Shown here: positions 48,242 through 60,731 of the stretch, one piece after another | How positions within the stretch are numbered: position 1 is the stretch's first letter | Layout: every line of letters starts with the position of its first letter | DNA from: Strigamia acuminata | Taxonomy: Eukaryota | Assembly: GCA_949358305.1 (NCBI GenBank) | Contig: OX442314.1 | Coordinates: 12,772,001-12,836,000 of the forward strand | DNA: 64,000 nt | Direction: 5' to 3' | Position numbers and translations under genes: made by a program | The notes under the pieces: generated by a model | What the model was told of the DNA's origin: nothing | Databases searched by the model: none | The model's input: the letters and a program-made list of their open reading frames with translations, nothing else

Positions 48242-50107
48242 ATGGCAGTGGTCAGCTGCGCAATCAGATCGCCTATTTCCTTTGCTCGATTATTGTTGGG
48301 AGTAAATAGAACGATTTTGCCAAATGCAATCACTCCAGCAATTCGCCAATTATCCAGCAGGTATACCTAAACAAAATCAATTTAATCGAATAGATAAATA
48401 TTAAAATAAATATATTTGCAGTATTAATCAAGAATACGACGTGGTCATAGTGGGTGGAGGGATCGTTGGAGTGGCAACAGCGCGAGAATTAATTACTCAT
48501 CATCCTTCACTAAAATTTGCAGTTCTCGAAAAAGATTCTCACCTAGGTGATTAAATACAAGAATTTAGGTACTAAAATAACTGAAAAGAATTTATTTTTG
48601 TGTTACAGCTGCTCATCAGAGTGGACACAACAGTGGCGTTATCCATGCTGGAATTTATTACTTACCCGGTTCTCTCAAAGCTAAATTGTGTGTTGAGGGG
48701 TTAAATCTTGCGTATGAATATTGTGATAAACATGATATTCCGTACAAAAAATGTGGAAAAGTAAATAAAAATACAAACCCCGATTTGATGGAGAATTTGT
48801 GCTCGTTTCAACGGCATTTATGTTAGTTAATAGTTGCAGTGGACGAGTTTCAGTTACCTCAGTTAGACGCGTTGTACGAACGAGGCAAAAAGAATAACGT
48901 CAAGGACATGCAAATGATAGGACGAGACAAAATTAAGGAGATTGAACCACATTGTAAGGTATTTTTATTCGTGAAAATTTAAAATTATTTTCTCTTTATT
49001 TTATTTTGTGATTGCAGGGTTTGAAAGCCATTTGGTCACCTCACACGGGAATTGTCGATTGGGCGCGGGTGACTCGGAGTTACGGGAATAATTTTCAAAA
49101 ATTGGGTGGAAAGATTCATTTCAATTTCAATGTTCGTGGGTTTAGAGTTGCCCCGGAAGGGCAAAAGGGAAGAAATAAATATCCAGTTCATATTAAGGGA
49201 GACAAACATGTAAAGAAATGTTTATATTTGTTAGGTTTTTGTTATTTATATTCATTTTATTAGGAAAGTATTCGCTGTCGGTACGTAATTACCTGTGGTG
49301 GCCTTTATTCCGATAAATTGGCACAAATGTCTGGATGCAGTTCTGATCCAAAAATTGTTCCTTTTCGAGGCGAATATTTACTTCTGAAACCAGAGAAATG
49401 TCATTTAGTCAAAGGAAATATATATCCTGTAAGTTAAAACATATTTTTTTTTTAAAAATTAAATTTTTATTATTATTTTTTTGTGGAAATTACTAGGTAC
49501 CAAATCCGAATTTTCCGTTTTTAGGCGTACATTTCACACCTCGAATGGATGGTAGTGTCTGGCTAGGGCCAAACGCAGTTCTTGCTTTTAAGCGCGAGGG
49601 ATATAAATTTACGGATTTCAGTTTTCCGGAGTTTCTCGATACGGTAAAATATCGGTAAGTTGCGTTACTGAAATAAATATTTGAATTCATTTTTCTTTTA
49701 CATTTGATTACGATTAGAGGATTTCAAAAGTTAGCGTGCAAATATACCTCTGCTGGAATTGGTGAACTATTTCGCTCATTTTCGAAAACTGCTCAAGTTA
49801 AAGAATTACAAAAGTTTATTCCTGAAGTTACCGCTCGTGATGTCATTCGGCAAGTTACGAACAAAAATTATTTAAATAACGATAAATCTGTGAATTATAT
49901 TTCAATTTCAGAGGCCCCAGTGGCGTCAGAGCTCAAGCGATGAATTCTAAAGGCGAATTAGTGGATGATTTTGTTTTTGACAGTGGGAAAGAAGAGTTGG
50001 CCAAACGAATTCTGCATGTAAGGAATGCTCCCTCACCGGGAGCCACGTCGTCATTGGCCATAGCTAAAATGATCAAATCAAAAGTGGAAGAAACATTTGA
50101 ATTGTAA
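48242..50107 (+). CDS. L2HGDH: L-2-hydroxyglutarate dehydrogenase, mitochondrial (multi-exon)
   Basis: [72 protein letters not shown]-terminal presequence-like stretch. Confidence 0.93.
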
Positions 50108-50265
50108 CAACAACGAAGAAATATTATTTCATAAAATGCCTTTAATTGCCGAATTATGTAATGAAATTCAAAATAGCCGATAAACAACAGAACTATTAAG
50201 TTACAAGTTTACATTTATTAAGATGAAGTTAGAAAATGAATAAATTTCTCGATGATGTGAATCCC

Positions 50266-51917
50266 TTAAATCAAATCAGCAACTAGAAAGAAAAAAATTA
50301 TTAGCGCTACTTTTAAAATTAAAATAATTTTTTTGTTACCGTTCATTGGCATTTCGTCAATTTGAGTACTGTAGTACTGTTCAATATCTCTTAAAATTCT
50401 TATGTCGTCATTTTTAACGAAATTAATCGCGACACCTTTACGTCCAAATCTACCGGACCGACCAATTCTAAAACAGACAAAAATTACATCAAATTAACAC
50501 AAATGTTTTATTTTTAAATTAAAAATCAATTACCTGTGAATGTATAATTCTCGATTGTTTGGTAAATCGTAGTTGATAACCAAAGAAACTTGTTGCACGT
50601 CAATTCCACGCGCCCACACATCGGTGGTGATGAGAACACGGCTTTGTCCGGAACGGAACTCTTTCATGATCGCCTCTCGTTCTTTCTGCGGCATGTCGCC
50701 GTGCATTGATGAAACTGTAAAGTTCGCTTCGCGCATTTTCTCCGTCAACCAATCGACTTTGCGCTTGGTGTTGCAAAAAATGACGGCTTGCGTGATGGTT
50801 AAAGTGTCGTATAAGTCGCAAAGTGTATCGAATTTCCACTCCTCTCTCTCCACAGCGACGAAAAACTGTTTGATTCCTTCCAGAGTCAATTCATCACTAA
50901 ATAAAAAGTAAAATAAAACGTTAAAAATTGCCGAAAATTATCCAACAACAAAAATTACCGTTTCACAAGAATACGAATGGGGTCGGTCATAAACTTGTTT
51001 GTCATTTCCAAAATTTCGTGAGGCAATGTGGCGGATATTAAAACGACTTGGGTGGCCGGAGGAAGGTACCGGTACACATCATAAATCTGCTCTTTAAAGC
51101 CCTTATTTAACATTTCGTCGGCTTCGTCCAGCACCAACAATTTGATCGCTCTCGTTCGAAGATTCCGACGTCTTATCATATCTTTTAGAAAGAAATATTA
51201 GAAAAAAAATGATTAATTCTCTTTTTCAGTGTAAAAATCAAACTATAACTTCATACCGAACACTCGTCCAGGTGTCCCGGACACTATGTGCTGACCGTAG
51301 TCCAGTTTTCGTATATCTTCGCCCAAATTCGTTCCACCGATGCAGGCGTGGCATTGGACGTTCATGTAGTCGCCCAATGCTAAAATGACCTTTTGAATCT
51401 GCGTTGCCAGTTCGCGCGTCGGTGACAGAATTAATCCTTGGGTTTCTCTGATCTGGGTGTCCAGTAATTGTAAAATCGAAATGGCAAATGTGGCGGTTTT
51501 TCCTGTGCCTGATTGCGCCCTTAAATTGGAATTAAAAAAATAAATGAAGGAATAAATATATAAATATTGAGAATATTTTGATGCTTACTGTGCGATTACG
51601 TCACGGCCCATCGCTATGGGTTTTATAGAACGTTGTTGAATAGCCGATGGTTTTTCAAACCCTAAAAATAAGGTGTTTTGGATCAATTAGCTGTTGAATG
51701 GCGATGATAAATAATCGAACAAAAGCGGGAATGACGTTTATTTTCGTTATTTAAGTTTTGGCCGTTTTGACTTACCGTAAGCGTAAATTCCTCTCAGCAA
51801 ATCTTCTCGAAGATTCATTGCATCAAAAGTCGGTATAACTTCAACTTCCTCGCTCGTTTCGAATTCCACATTTGATAAATCATTGACGACACGCCGGGAC
51901 GTTTTGCTTGACGCCAT
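50266..51917 (-). CDS. EIF4A3: Eukaryotic initiation factor 4A-III (exon junction complex DEAD-box helicase), multi-exon
   Basis: [85 protein letters not shown]. Confidence 0.96.
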
Positions 51918-52301
51918 TTTAAACAACAAGGAAGGAGATGGAAAGCAGATAAACTGTCCAAAGACTCGCACTCTATATATACGATGACGCAGTGTCTACG
52001 TTTGATATCTAGCCGCAGAGCGATTCTTGAAACTGGGTTGAGGGAAAAGGTGAAAAACGGAAACAGACTCTGCAGTTCGGAGCAAAATCAGAAACGAACG
52101 AAAATAATATATTTGATAAGAATTTTTAAAATATTTTTTTGATTTGAAATAATTGTTTTAAAAACGAGAATTTTCCAATTTTTTTTACTTTCTTTTTCGA
52201 ACTTCCAAAAATGATTAGTTCTGCAAATTGATACTTGAGTGCAGCACTCGCTTGCATTACAAAAGCTTAACCGCCAAATTAAAAAACATCCAACTGAATT
52301 T

Positions 52302-53254
52302 TTATTTTCTACTTCCGAATACAATTAAACTTGTGAAGAAAATTAAACACACAGTTGAAAAAAGTGTCCATGCCGCTCTTTGTCTTACAAACTGAAAATT
52401 AAAAAATTAATTAAATTCGAAATAATTTATTCTTTTTCCGAGACTGTACTAGAGCTATCTTCAAACACAGTAGTAGTCGAATCCTGTGCGCAAATACAAT
52501 TATCTTTCTCATTAATTTCTTTAATCGGCGATATTTTAATATTATAGAAATACGATTCCTACACAATTAACACAAAAGAATTTAATAAAAAAAAATATTA
52601 ATAACTATAATTCAACTTTACCAGCTGCAGTGCTGAATTCGATTCAGTAGCGCCGCCATCTTCCCCATCGAATAAAAACACTCCAGAATCTTTAACTGTA
52701 GTTAGTTTATGCCGATATGTATTTTCACTTTCATCATCCTCGGAGCTGAATTCATATTCGTCACAATTCTTTGCATCAAAAAATTCGTCACATGAACACT
52801 TAAAAATGTGCAACGGGTGTAATTTTAATGTAACACATGTTGTTTCTTATGTAAATTACCAATAACGGATCTGCAGTTTGTTCCGGAGATCTTTGTGACA
52901 AATTATCGCCAGAACACTGACAGCTCTCCTTCAAAAATAAAGCTGTATTGAGAAATTTAATCGAAACAAATTTAATTACCATGATGAATGCATCGCTTTT
53001 GCTTTTTTTCTTCTTTTTACATTTTGATTTATTGTCTAAAGAAAAACATGAATAAATTCACGAGATTATATCGCCGTTTCCATTAATCACAAATTTAACC
53101 TCCAAGAAACAATCTTTTGCTAAATAAACGAATACTTCCACCTGACAATGATTTGTTGAGTTTCTTAGCTGTAAATTAATAGAACAAAGTCAACACTATA
53201 TATTCAACACCTGAAAATGTGTTTACGTTTTAAAGCTTTAATAAGCTTCACCAT
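52302..53254 (-). CDS. Uncharacterised ~7-exon protein with a C-terminal hydrophobic anchor
   Basis: Phase-consistent GT-AG exons give MVKLIKALK-P-KKLNKSLSGG...-DNKSKCKKKKKSKS...-ESCQCSG...-CSCDEFFD...SSEDDES...-ESYFYN...-FVRQRAAWTLFSTVCLIFFTSLIVFGSRK*. The true 5' end is uncertain. Confidence 0.6.
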
Positions 53255-56200
53255 GATCGTTTGGCTTAAATATTCGAGTTATGATACAATAGGAATGCAC
53301 ATTGCTCGTGCCCATTGTTCTTGATTATTAATATGATTGATTGTAGCCATTTTGTTGGCAGAGAAAATAAAGCCTTCGCGATGACCTATTACAAATTAAT
53401 TCTAATTTAGACCAACAACTCTTGTTATTGCACTATTATTAAACCTCGAACAAACTTCAACGTTCTTGGGCTACAGTAATATCTCAAAAGACCTTAGCAG
53501 CATGAAAATAACATAAAAACCTAGAGAATAGCTGTCAATCAATACTATCAGCACCGTTGCAGACCCCATTTTCTAATAAACTTGCACACGAGGGCCAGAT
53601 CAAACATATTTCGAATTTAAACATGTGTAAAAAAAAGTAAAACGAGGATCCTTCATCCTTGTAACAATAATTTTATTTATATAGAAAATAGTAGCAGAGG
53701 TATAGACGTCTCCATAAACATTTCAACAGACACACAAATTGCGTGGGATAATAGCTATGCAATATAAATGCAAAAATTCAAATAGCAATTACTCGCTATA
53801 TATGAACACGTGACCTCTAGGCTCTTCTTTTACAAACAGACTGTAAATCTAACACTAAAAATCTAAGCTGAGCAAACAAGTTTCATTTTATTACGGTCTG
53901 CAATGACACTATTCGGTGGAATTTCCCAAAATAACCTGAAATAACAGATTTCAAAATGCCACGGAAAATTCCCCCTTCCGTGGAAGGATCCGCCACCTAC
54001 GTGAGATTTATGTGCCCACGATAACGGTAAAAGGCTAAGCATGACTGTTTGAGGTTCAAGGTTCATTCGATTAATGAAAGATTCAATAATAGACGTTCAC
54101 AACCTTGGTAGGATAATTGTAGTAAGCACTTTCCATCTTTGAGCTCATCGCCTGCAAGGGACCTTAGTAACAACGTGACCTTCGGTGGGCCACTGACCAA
54201 ATTTTTATTTGCGCAAAAAATTTCAAACGGGCTGAAACTCGCTCTTTATAAACGGATGTAAAGAAAAAAGGAGATATTTTTACATCGTAATCTTCAATTA
54301 CAATGAAATGGAAATTTTTTTTTCTTACTTGTCTGCCCGACTCCTACCTAATTACAATCTAGATTTCTCTTTATGCAGTTTTTTTTTTGTGAGTGAAAAT
54401 AAAAAAAGAAATAAATGTCTAAACTAGACCCAAAGGGGACAAGTAACTGTTCGAAGGAATTTCTAATTGCTTAGTAAATACTACTAATTATGAAATCCGC
54501 TATAACCTTGTTTATGTAATCTGATGACCTCACATTTATTTGTTTATGGTCTCGGTTAAAAAAAAAAAAAACATCTATTCAAACATATTGAAAAATGCCT
54601 ACACTATGTGGAGACAAACATTGAATTGAAATAACTATGAAGTCCTTAAGCTTGACCATAAGATCAAGGCAAAAACGTGCAAGCTGTTACAAACACGTAG
54701 GAAAATTGAATTTTTCTCTTTTTTCGCAGTCCATAAGTCGTTTTAATTAGAATTAAGATCGTAAATTTAAGATAACATCAGATTCCTTTTAGTTGGGCGC
54801 CATAATTAAGAAATGTAGGAAAACCTCTCCATTGTTTTGTTTATGTAAAAAAATATAATTCACTTGGCAGTGTCCGATGCAAGTAAATTGGGCCGAAAGG
54901 AAGTAAGTACCTTTGAGCCGAGTTATTTTTTCAGCGTGTGTAATTTTGCAATTAAAAAAATGAAATTTAATATATCTATTACCATATGGGAAAAAAAAAA
55001 TGTAATAAATGTTCTACCTCAAATCTTCTTGCAAAACGAGTCAATATACGATGTAGCAAAAACTCTGGTGTTGAAGTGGCAATCTTTTCCGCATGGTTTG
55101 ACATATTCAGGTGTTATAAAACGAGCTCAAATGTTGTTTTACCTTTTTTTCTCACCTGGAAACAAATTCAATCTATCACTGACACGCGGAGAAACATATT
55201 TCATATTTATTCTTTATGTTTTTATTTTTATTTTTATATAAAAAAAAAAATACAATTAGAAGAAAATGATTTTCGTTGTCCTCGAAAAGCAGAAGGAAAA
55301 AAATAGCATCATCCTACGCTAAAAATTTTTCATTTTAGCAAATAAAGTAGGTCAAAGATGGAAAAAGTGTTATATGGAAAATGAAAGTTTCTACCAATGT
55401 GATTTACGGCTTTTTAATGAGACTACAAGTTTCCTGGAATGTGATTCTCAACCCGTTCCTCCATAAATAGTCTATATAAGATAACTATAATTATTTTATG
55501 GACATTAAAATTAATATAAAACGTTTTCATTGGCCTACCAGTTTACCTGACACGTTCCAATATTCAAACATTAATATAAACAGGTCAGTAAAATTACAAC
55601 TTCTTCGCCTCAAACACGATTTTCTTAGCAAATTGCCCTATAAATCTGTGTCAATATTCTCCATCTTAATTCAAAATTTTTATTTAAAAAAAAATATTTA
55701 TTATTAAAAAAAAGTGTTTCATCATTATTGCCTTGCACCACAAACACTGGAATGCGTTCCAGACCGATTAGAAAAATTAAAATGAATGCAGGACTATTGG
55801 AGCTTGTCCTCAAATTTAAAACGAGAGTGAAAGTATTCAAACTCTACTTCCGGGCGCTTGAGGGAAAAACCAAAAAAAAAATTAAATTAAAAATAAATAA
55901 AAATAAATAAATAAAAATAAAGATTTGTCAGCAATGTATTCTAAGAACACTTCTCACGTTGTTGCCCTGGCCTGATTAAGTCGCATGTTGCACAAATTAC
56001 AGCATACAATGTAACATTTTGCGTCATACAAATGATACGGAGGGGCAGAAAAATTTAAATTCAGTTGAAATTTCTTTGCACAAACATCGCAGAGCACAAT
56101 CATTAATTTTCCAGGTCACCACCTTTAATTCCATCAATCGAAATGTGCACATTTTACTAATTCAGTCTCGTAATGTTTTGAGATGCAAGTTGACCTCCAC

Positions 56201-59200
56201 AGATTTCGAGAGTAAAAGTTGTTATCGCCGCCTGTTGTTGCTTCTGTTGCAGGTTTTTTGATTTACTTTCCTTTGCCTGCGTGAGGGTCATCCGAGTCTT
56301 CCAGATTCACACCACGTTTGTCCTGTCGTGTGAACCTGTTCGGCGATTAAAACACCATGCCCTCGATTTCTTCGGACCCTATCGCAACATTCAAAGGCAA
56401 AAGGAGAAAATAAAACGACGCAGGCGACACGTACGCTGGGTCACACCTAATGGTCGCAGACTCGCAGTCACCTGTAAATTATAAAGTAAAATATACATTT
56501 CAACAGGTACAAATGGTAAGCTACGTCAAGAAAAATACGCAGAATTGTGAGAATTGCGGCAATTATCATTATTTTTTTTCCTTCTACTTAAAAAAGTGAA
56601 TGTTTCGAGGTCATTTTACATTCAAAAAAATCGAGTTAGGACAAAAAATTACCCATACATGTGAAAAAAAAGTAGGTTAGAGGGGTATATAAAACTCCAA
56701 TCAGAATCAGAAGAGTAGGTATGTAGCACTTTGAAAGAAAAAAATAAAAAAACTCACTTTTTTGTTTCTTTCTTATTAAATGGAAATTTTTTAAGTGAAG
56801 AAAAAATTTCTCGTTTATCAAAATCAAAGTTTCGTGAAGGTATGAATTAAATCTGGGGAATTCAAGTCGACAATTTATCAATTAAAATGTCAGCCGGTAT
56901 AAAATAATAAAAATAAATAAAAAAAAAACGATGAATAATTCTGAATGATTTATTATAACATTTTATTTCTGGACCAAATTATTAACAGGTCGTTAGAAAA
57001 GAAGAGACTAAATGCACCCATAAAACACAACAACGAGGAAATAGTTGACTAAAATATTGCAATTATGTTCTGCACTCAAGCAAACTTAGATTTGAGGAAA
57101 TAAATCATACAAGTTGACAAGAAAATTAAGGTAAAAGGCTTAAGAACTTTGGAATTGCATAATTTGTAACCAAATTAGGTCTATTTGTACATACATGAGA
57201 CTATTTAACAGCTTTGAGTAAAAAATAAAAGAAATAGAAAACGAAATCTAATTCTATATTATTGATAAATAAGTATATGGATCTACGGTTATGTGGCACT
57301 CGTTTATAGCCGGCGTTGAAGGGATAGGCCAAAATAGTTATCATTTTTTACACTCTAAAAAGAAAGGTGTTATTCAGCATTAAAGTGACACGTAGTCTAA
57401 CCTGAGTATGATTTTTTGGAACTGTGTCTGAATTCTAAAAAGCACATTCTGAAAAAATGGATTAATTATTACTAAAAGTGCCATTTTTATCGTATAAAAT
57501 ATAAGTTTTAAGCTAATACATACTTTTTTTTCACATAAAATGTGAATTTATCACGTAAAATGAGAAATTTCCAACTAAAACGTAAATTTTCCATCTTGTA
57601 CGAGTTAAAAAAGAAGCAAAAAATTAAAATTCTTATAAAAATCGAATCAAACAAATGAAAAAACTTTGCAATTATTACAAAGCAAAAAAAGTATGAATTC
57701 TATGCCAAAGTGAACGTAGAATAATCCAAGTTAGGCCAGAGGCTTGTGTTCTGCTGAAAGCAGCACAAAAAAGCTGATTTGATGATTTCCCAAAAAAAAT
57801 ATGCTCCAAGCACAATCTTGAATTATTGATTTTTTTAAAGAACACGACAACATTCATCTGCACATGTGAAAATTACCGTAATTTCGCCATCACTAACATC
57901 CCTATCCAAGATGCTATAAGAAATAATCTCACTTTTGTGCATCATACCAGTGAAAATGTATAAAAAAAAACCGCAATAAATAAAACTAAAATTGATTTAC
58001 CCTCAAATTTGTCTTATATTTAACATTGTGTGGATTTCCGGTCAAGTTCATTCATAGATTGCATCACATTACAAAAATCCACCCAAAAATTACACTCTAG
58101 GTCAGTCAAATCACGACCAGACACACTTTTCTCTCAAACGTGGGAGAATAACTCTTCATAATCGTTATCGAATGCACAAAAACCATACGTATTTTGATTT
58201 GATCTCTATCAGCACCTTGAACTAAAGCACGTACAAACTTTTGCCAAATCCACCTCATCACATTTACAGTTTGGCATCACCTTAAACCCATACTTTGTGT
58301 GGTCAAGGTTTTGCCCCGATTCAATTAATTCATATCGCCAACCTACATCCATCAATATTGTATTAAAAAGCAATTGTTTTCTCAGGAAAATTTCTCGTGT
58401 TAAGTTCATTAAACCTTAGACGAAGCTCAAAACAAAGCCCATTCACCAAGAAAGCAACAAACTCCATTTTTAACACACAAAATATTTTATATTTATTATA
58501 TTATAATTTATAACATGAAAAAATGTCACTTTACGTTGAAAAAATTGTTTCTCGAATGTAGAACAGCTGTTAGAGGCCAATAACCAATGGATTTTTTGAA
58601 AACAGACTACGGGGCGATCGTAAATTCCAAATGACTAGGCAAAACAATATTTTTCAATAAGAATCCCCTCCATGAAACACTAGACAGAATTGCTTTAAGA
58701 GTCCGTGAAAATTGGCGTCAACCTTCTTCTTTTTAAACATCCAATAGGTCATTCAACTGAAGGAACAAAGAAATCCAGAGCTTTAAAAACGTCGAAGAAA
58801 CCTACATTTGTGCTATTGAAAAGAAGAAAATAAAGGTATAAAGTTGTAATATTTTTATAGCTTCACATGATGCACACACAACTCTTGACTCATTTGCATT
58901 CAGAACACCAGATAATTATATCTCGCTTATTTTTTTCCCTGCATTCTTTATATATCTACTGCCTGGCATTCGCAGTGTTGTTGTTTTTATTTTTTAAAGT
59001 CCTCGTTATTAGTCCTCATTTAATTCTATTCTTCTGTGTATTAATGTCGGCAAAGAATGGAAGGAAGCATTAAGAACAAGTAGTCGTTTTTTAGTCAAAT
59101 GTTACGTAATTCCATTATTTTTATTTTTTTAAAATAACATTAAAGTAGGGCTATAATATTTCCCTGTATTTTATTTGTTTTAAAACTCCTCTTCCACTTG

Positions 59201-60420
59201 GGCACTAATCCGTGTTGAATAACACTTTCGACACCAAGCTACACGGCCCTTTGCTACAGATAAATTAAAGATTAAAATAAATTAGCATAATTTATTTCTC
59301 TTTCAATTCATTTTCTTCTCCTTTAATATCGTATAATATTTTAATGGGCATTCTTCCCGCAAACTAAAGCCTTAATTGGACTATAAAACGTAATAAAAAC
59401 TTACATAACTTGACTTTATGCTTATTTTTGCTTAAAACACACCACCCTAGACATAAATTAAATGGTAAAAAACGTTTAAGGTCAAGAAATCCCCTGTATT
59501 GACTACTTTTATCTGGTTTTTCCCACCCAAGAATGCACAAAAATATGAAATCAACAAAGACATAAAAATATTTATTTGTCAACAATTTGAGTCAACACTT
59601 TCACTCCAATAAGCAAACTTTTCGTAAACCTTCAAAAGTATTTACAAACCGTTTCATTCGAGGTTAAACACTATAAAGCACCACCTATTGTATCATCCTT
59701 GACCCATTTTGCCCAAAATATGAAGAGCAATTGCTGAACAATTTATTTGAAAAAGGGTTTGTGAGGACAGGGACAAGACAATGACAAATGAGCTCAATAA
59801 AAGGCGATAAATGATGCAATATTGCAAGTCAGTACGACACAAATTGTTCACGAAGTTCCCCCAACGTCGGCTTCGCCACCACGCTCAACTTGGTCGTCAA
59901 TCAAATGAATAAATAAACAACTTGTATATTTAAAAAATAATTATTTTTTAAATACTCTAGAAAAATATCGAAAGACACTGACCTCCTTTTTCTTTCTAAA
60001 TGCTAATCCACCTCTAAGTATACTGAGAAATGGGCAGACATTTCTTTCATTTCTTCATGAAGTGAGCACTTCTTGCTCAAATTCTCACATTAATTATTCG
60101 AAAAATAATGTCTGGTATTAATGGAGAGTGATAGACGTGGATTCGAAATATAATGAACGCTATTTGAGTGCAAATAAAAGCAATTCTCGGGTAATGAACG
60201 CCATTTAAAATCCGATAAATCGTAATATTGGTAATAAACGCCATTTAAATTTGCATCAAAATTACGATATTACCAGCAGACGCCGTTACACGTAAAATCT
60301 ACTTATTAATACCGATTTATTTTGTTGTTGCTTCTTTTAATGATCGTAAAATGACAAACTTCTGTCGCTCTCACGTGGCCAATTTTGAACCGAGAATGTC
60401 GCTACCGAAGTAGGCGCGAT

Positions 60421-60731
60421 GTTGAATTTGGTAGCAGAGGATAGTTATTTGTTGAATTTGGTAGCAGAGGATGGTTATTTGTTGAATTTGGTAGCAGAGG
60501 ATGGTTATTTGTTGAATTTGGTAGCAGAGGATGGTTATTTGTTGAATTTGGTAGCAGAGGATGGTTATTTGTTGAATTTGGTAGCAGAGGATGGTTATTT
60601 GTTGAATTTGGTAGCAGAGGATGGTTATTTGTTGAATTTGGTAGCAGAGGATGGTTATTTGTTGAATTTGGTAGCAGAGGATGGTTATTTTATTGTTTGT
60701 TAAAAATAATAATAACCACCCTCTGCTACCA
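60421..60731. repeat. 30-bp minisatellite (GTTGAATTTGGTAGCAGAGGATGGTTATTT x9) plus an inverted partial copy
   Basis: Nine tandem units at 60421-60690; AATAACCACCCTCTGCTACCA at 60711-60731 is an inverted near-copy. Confidence 0.93.

Noticed and set aside
60419..60703. ORF (LLNLVAEDGY)n or CRISPR array
   Set aside because: Pure 30-bp tandem repeat without spacers; no evidence of coding.
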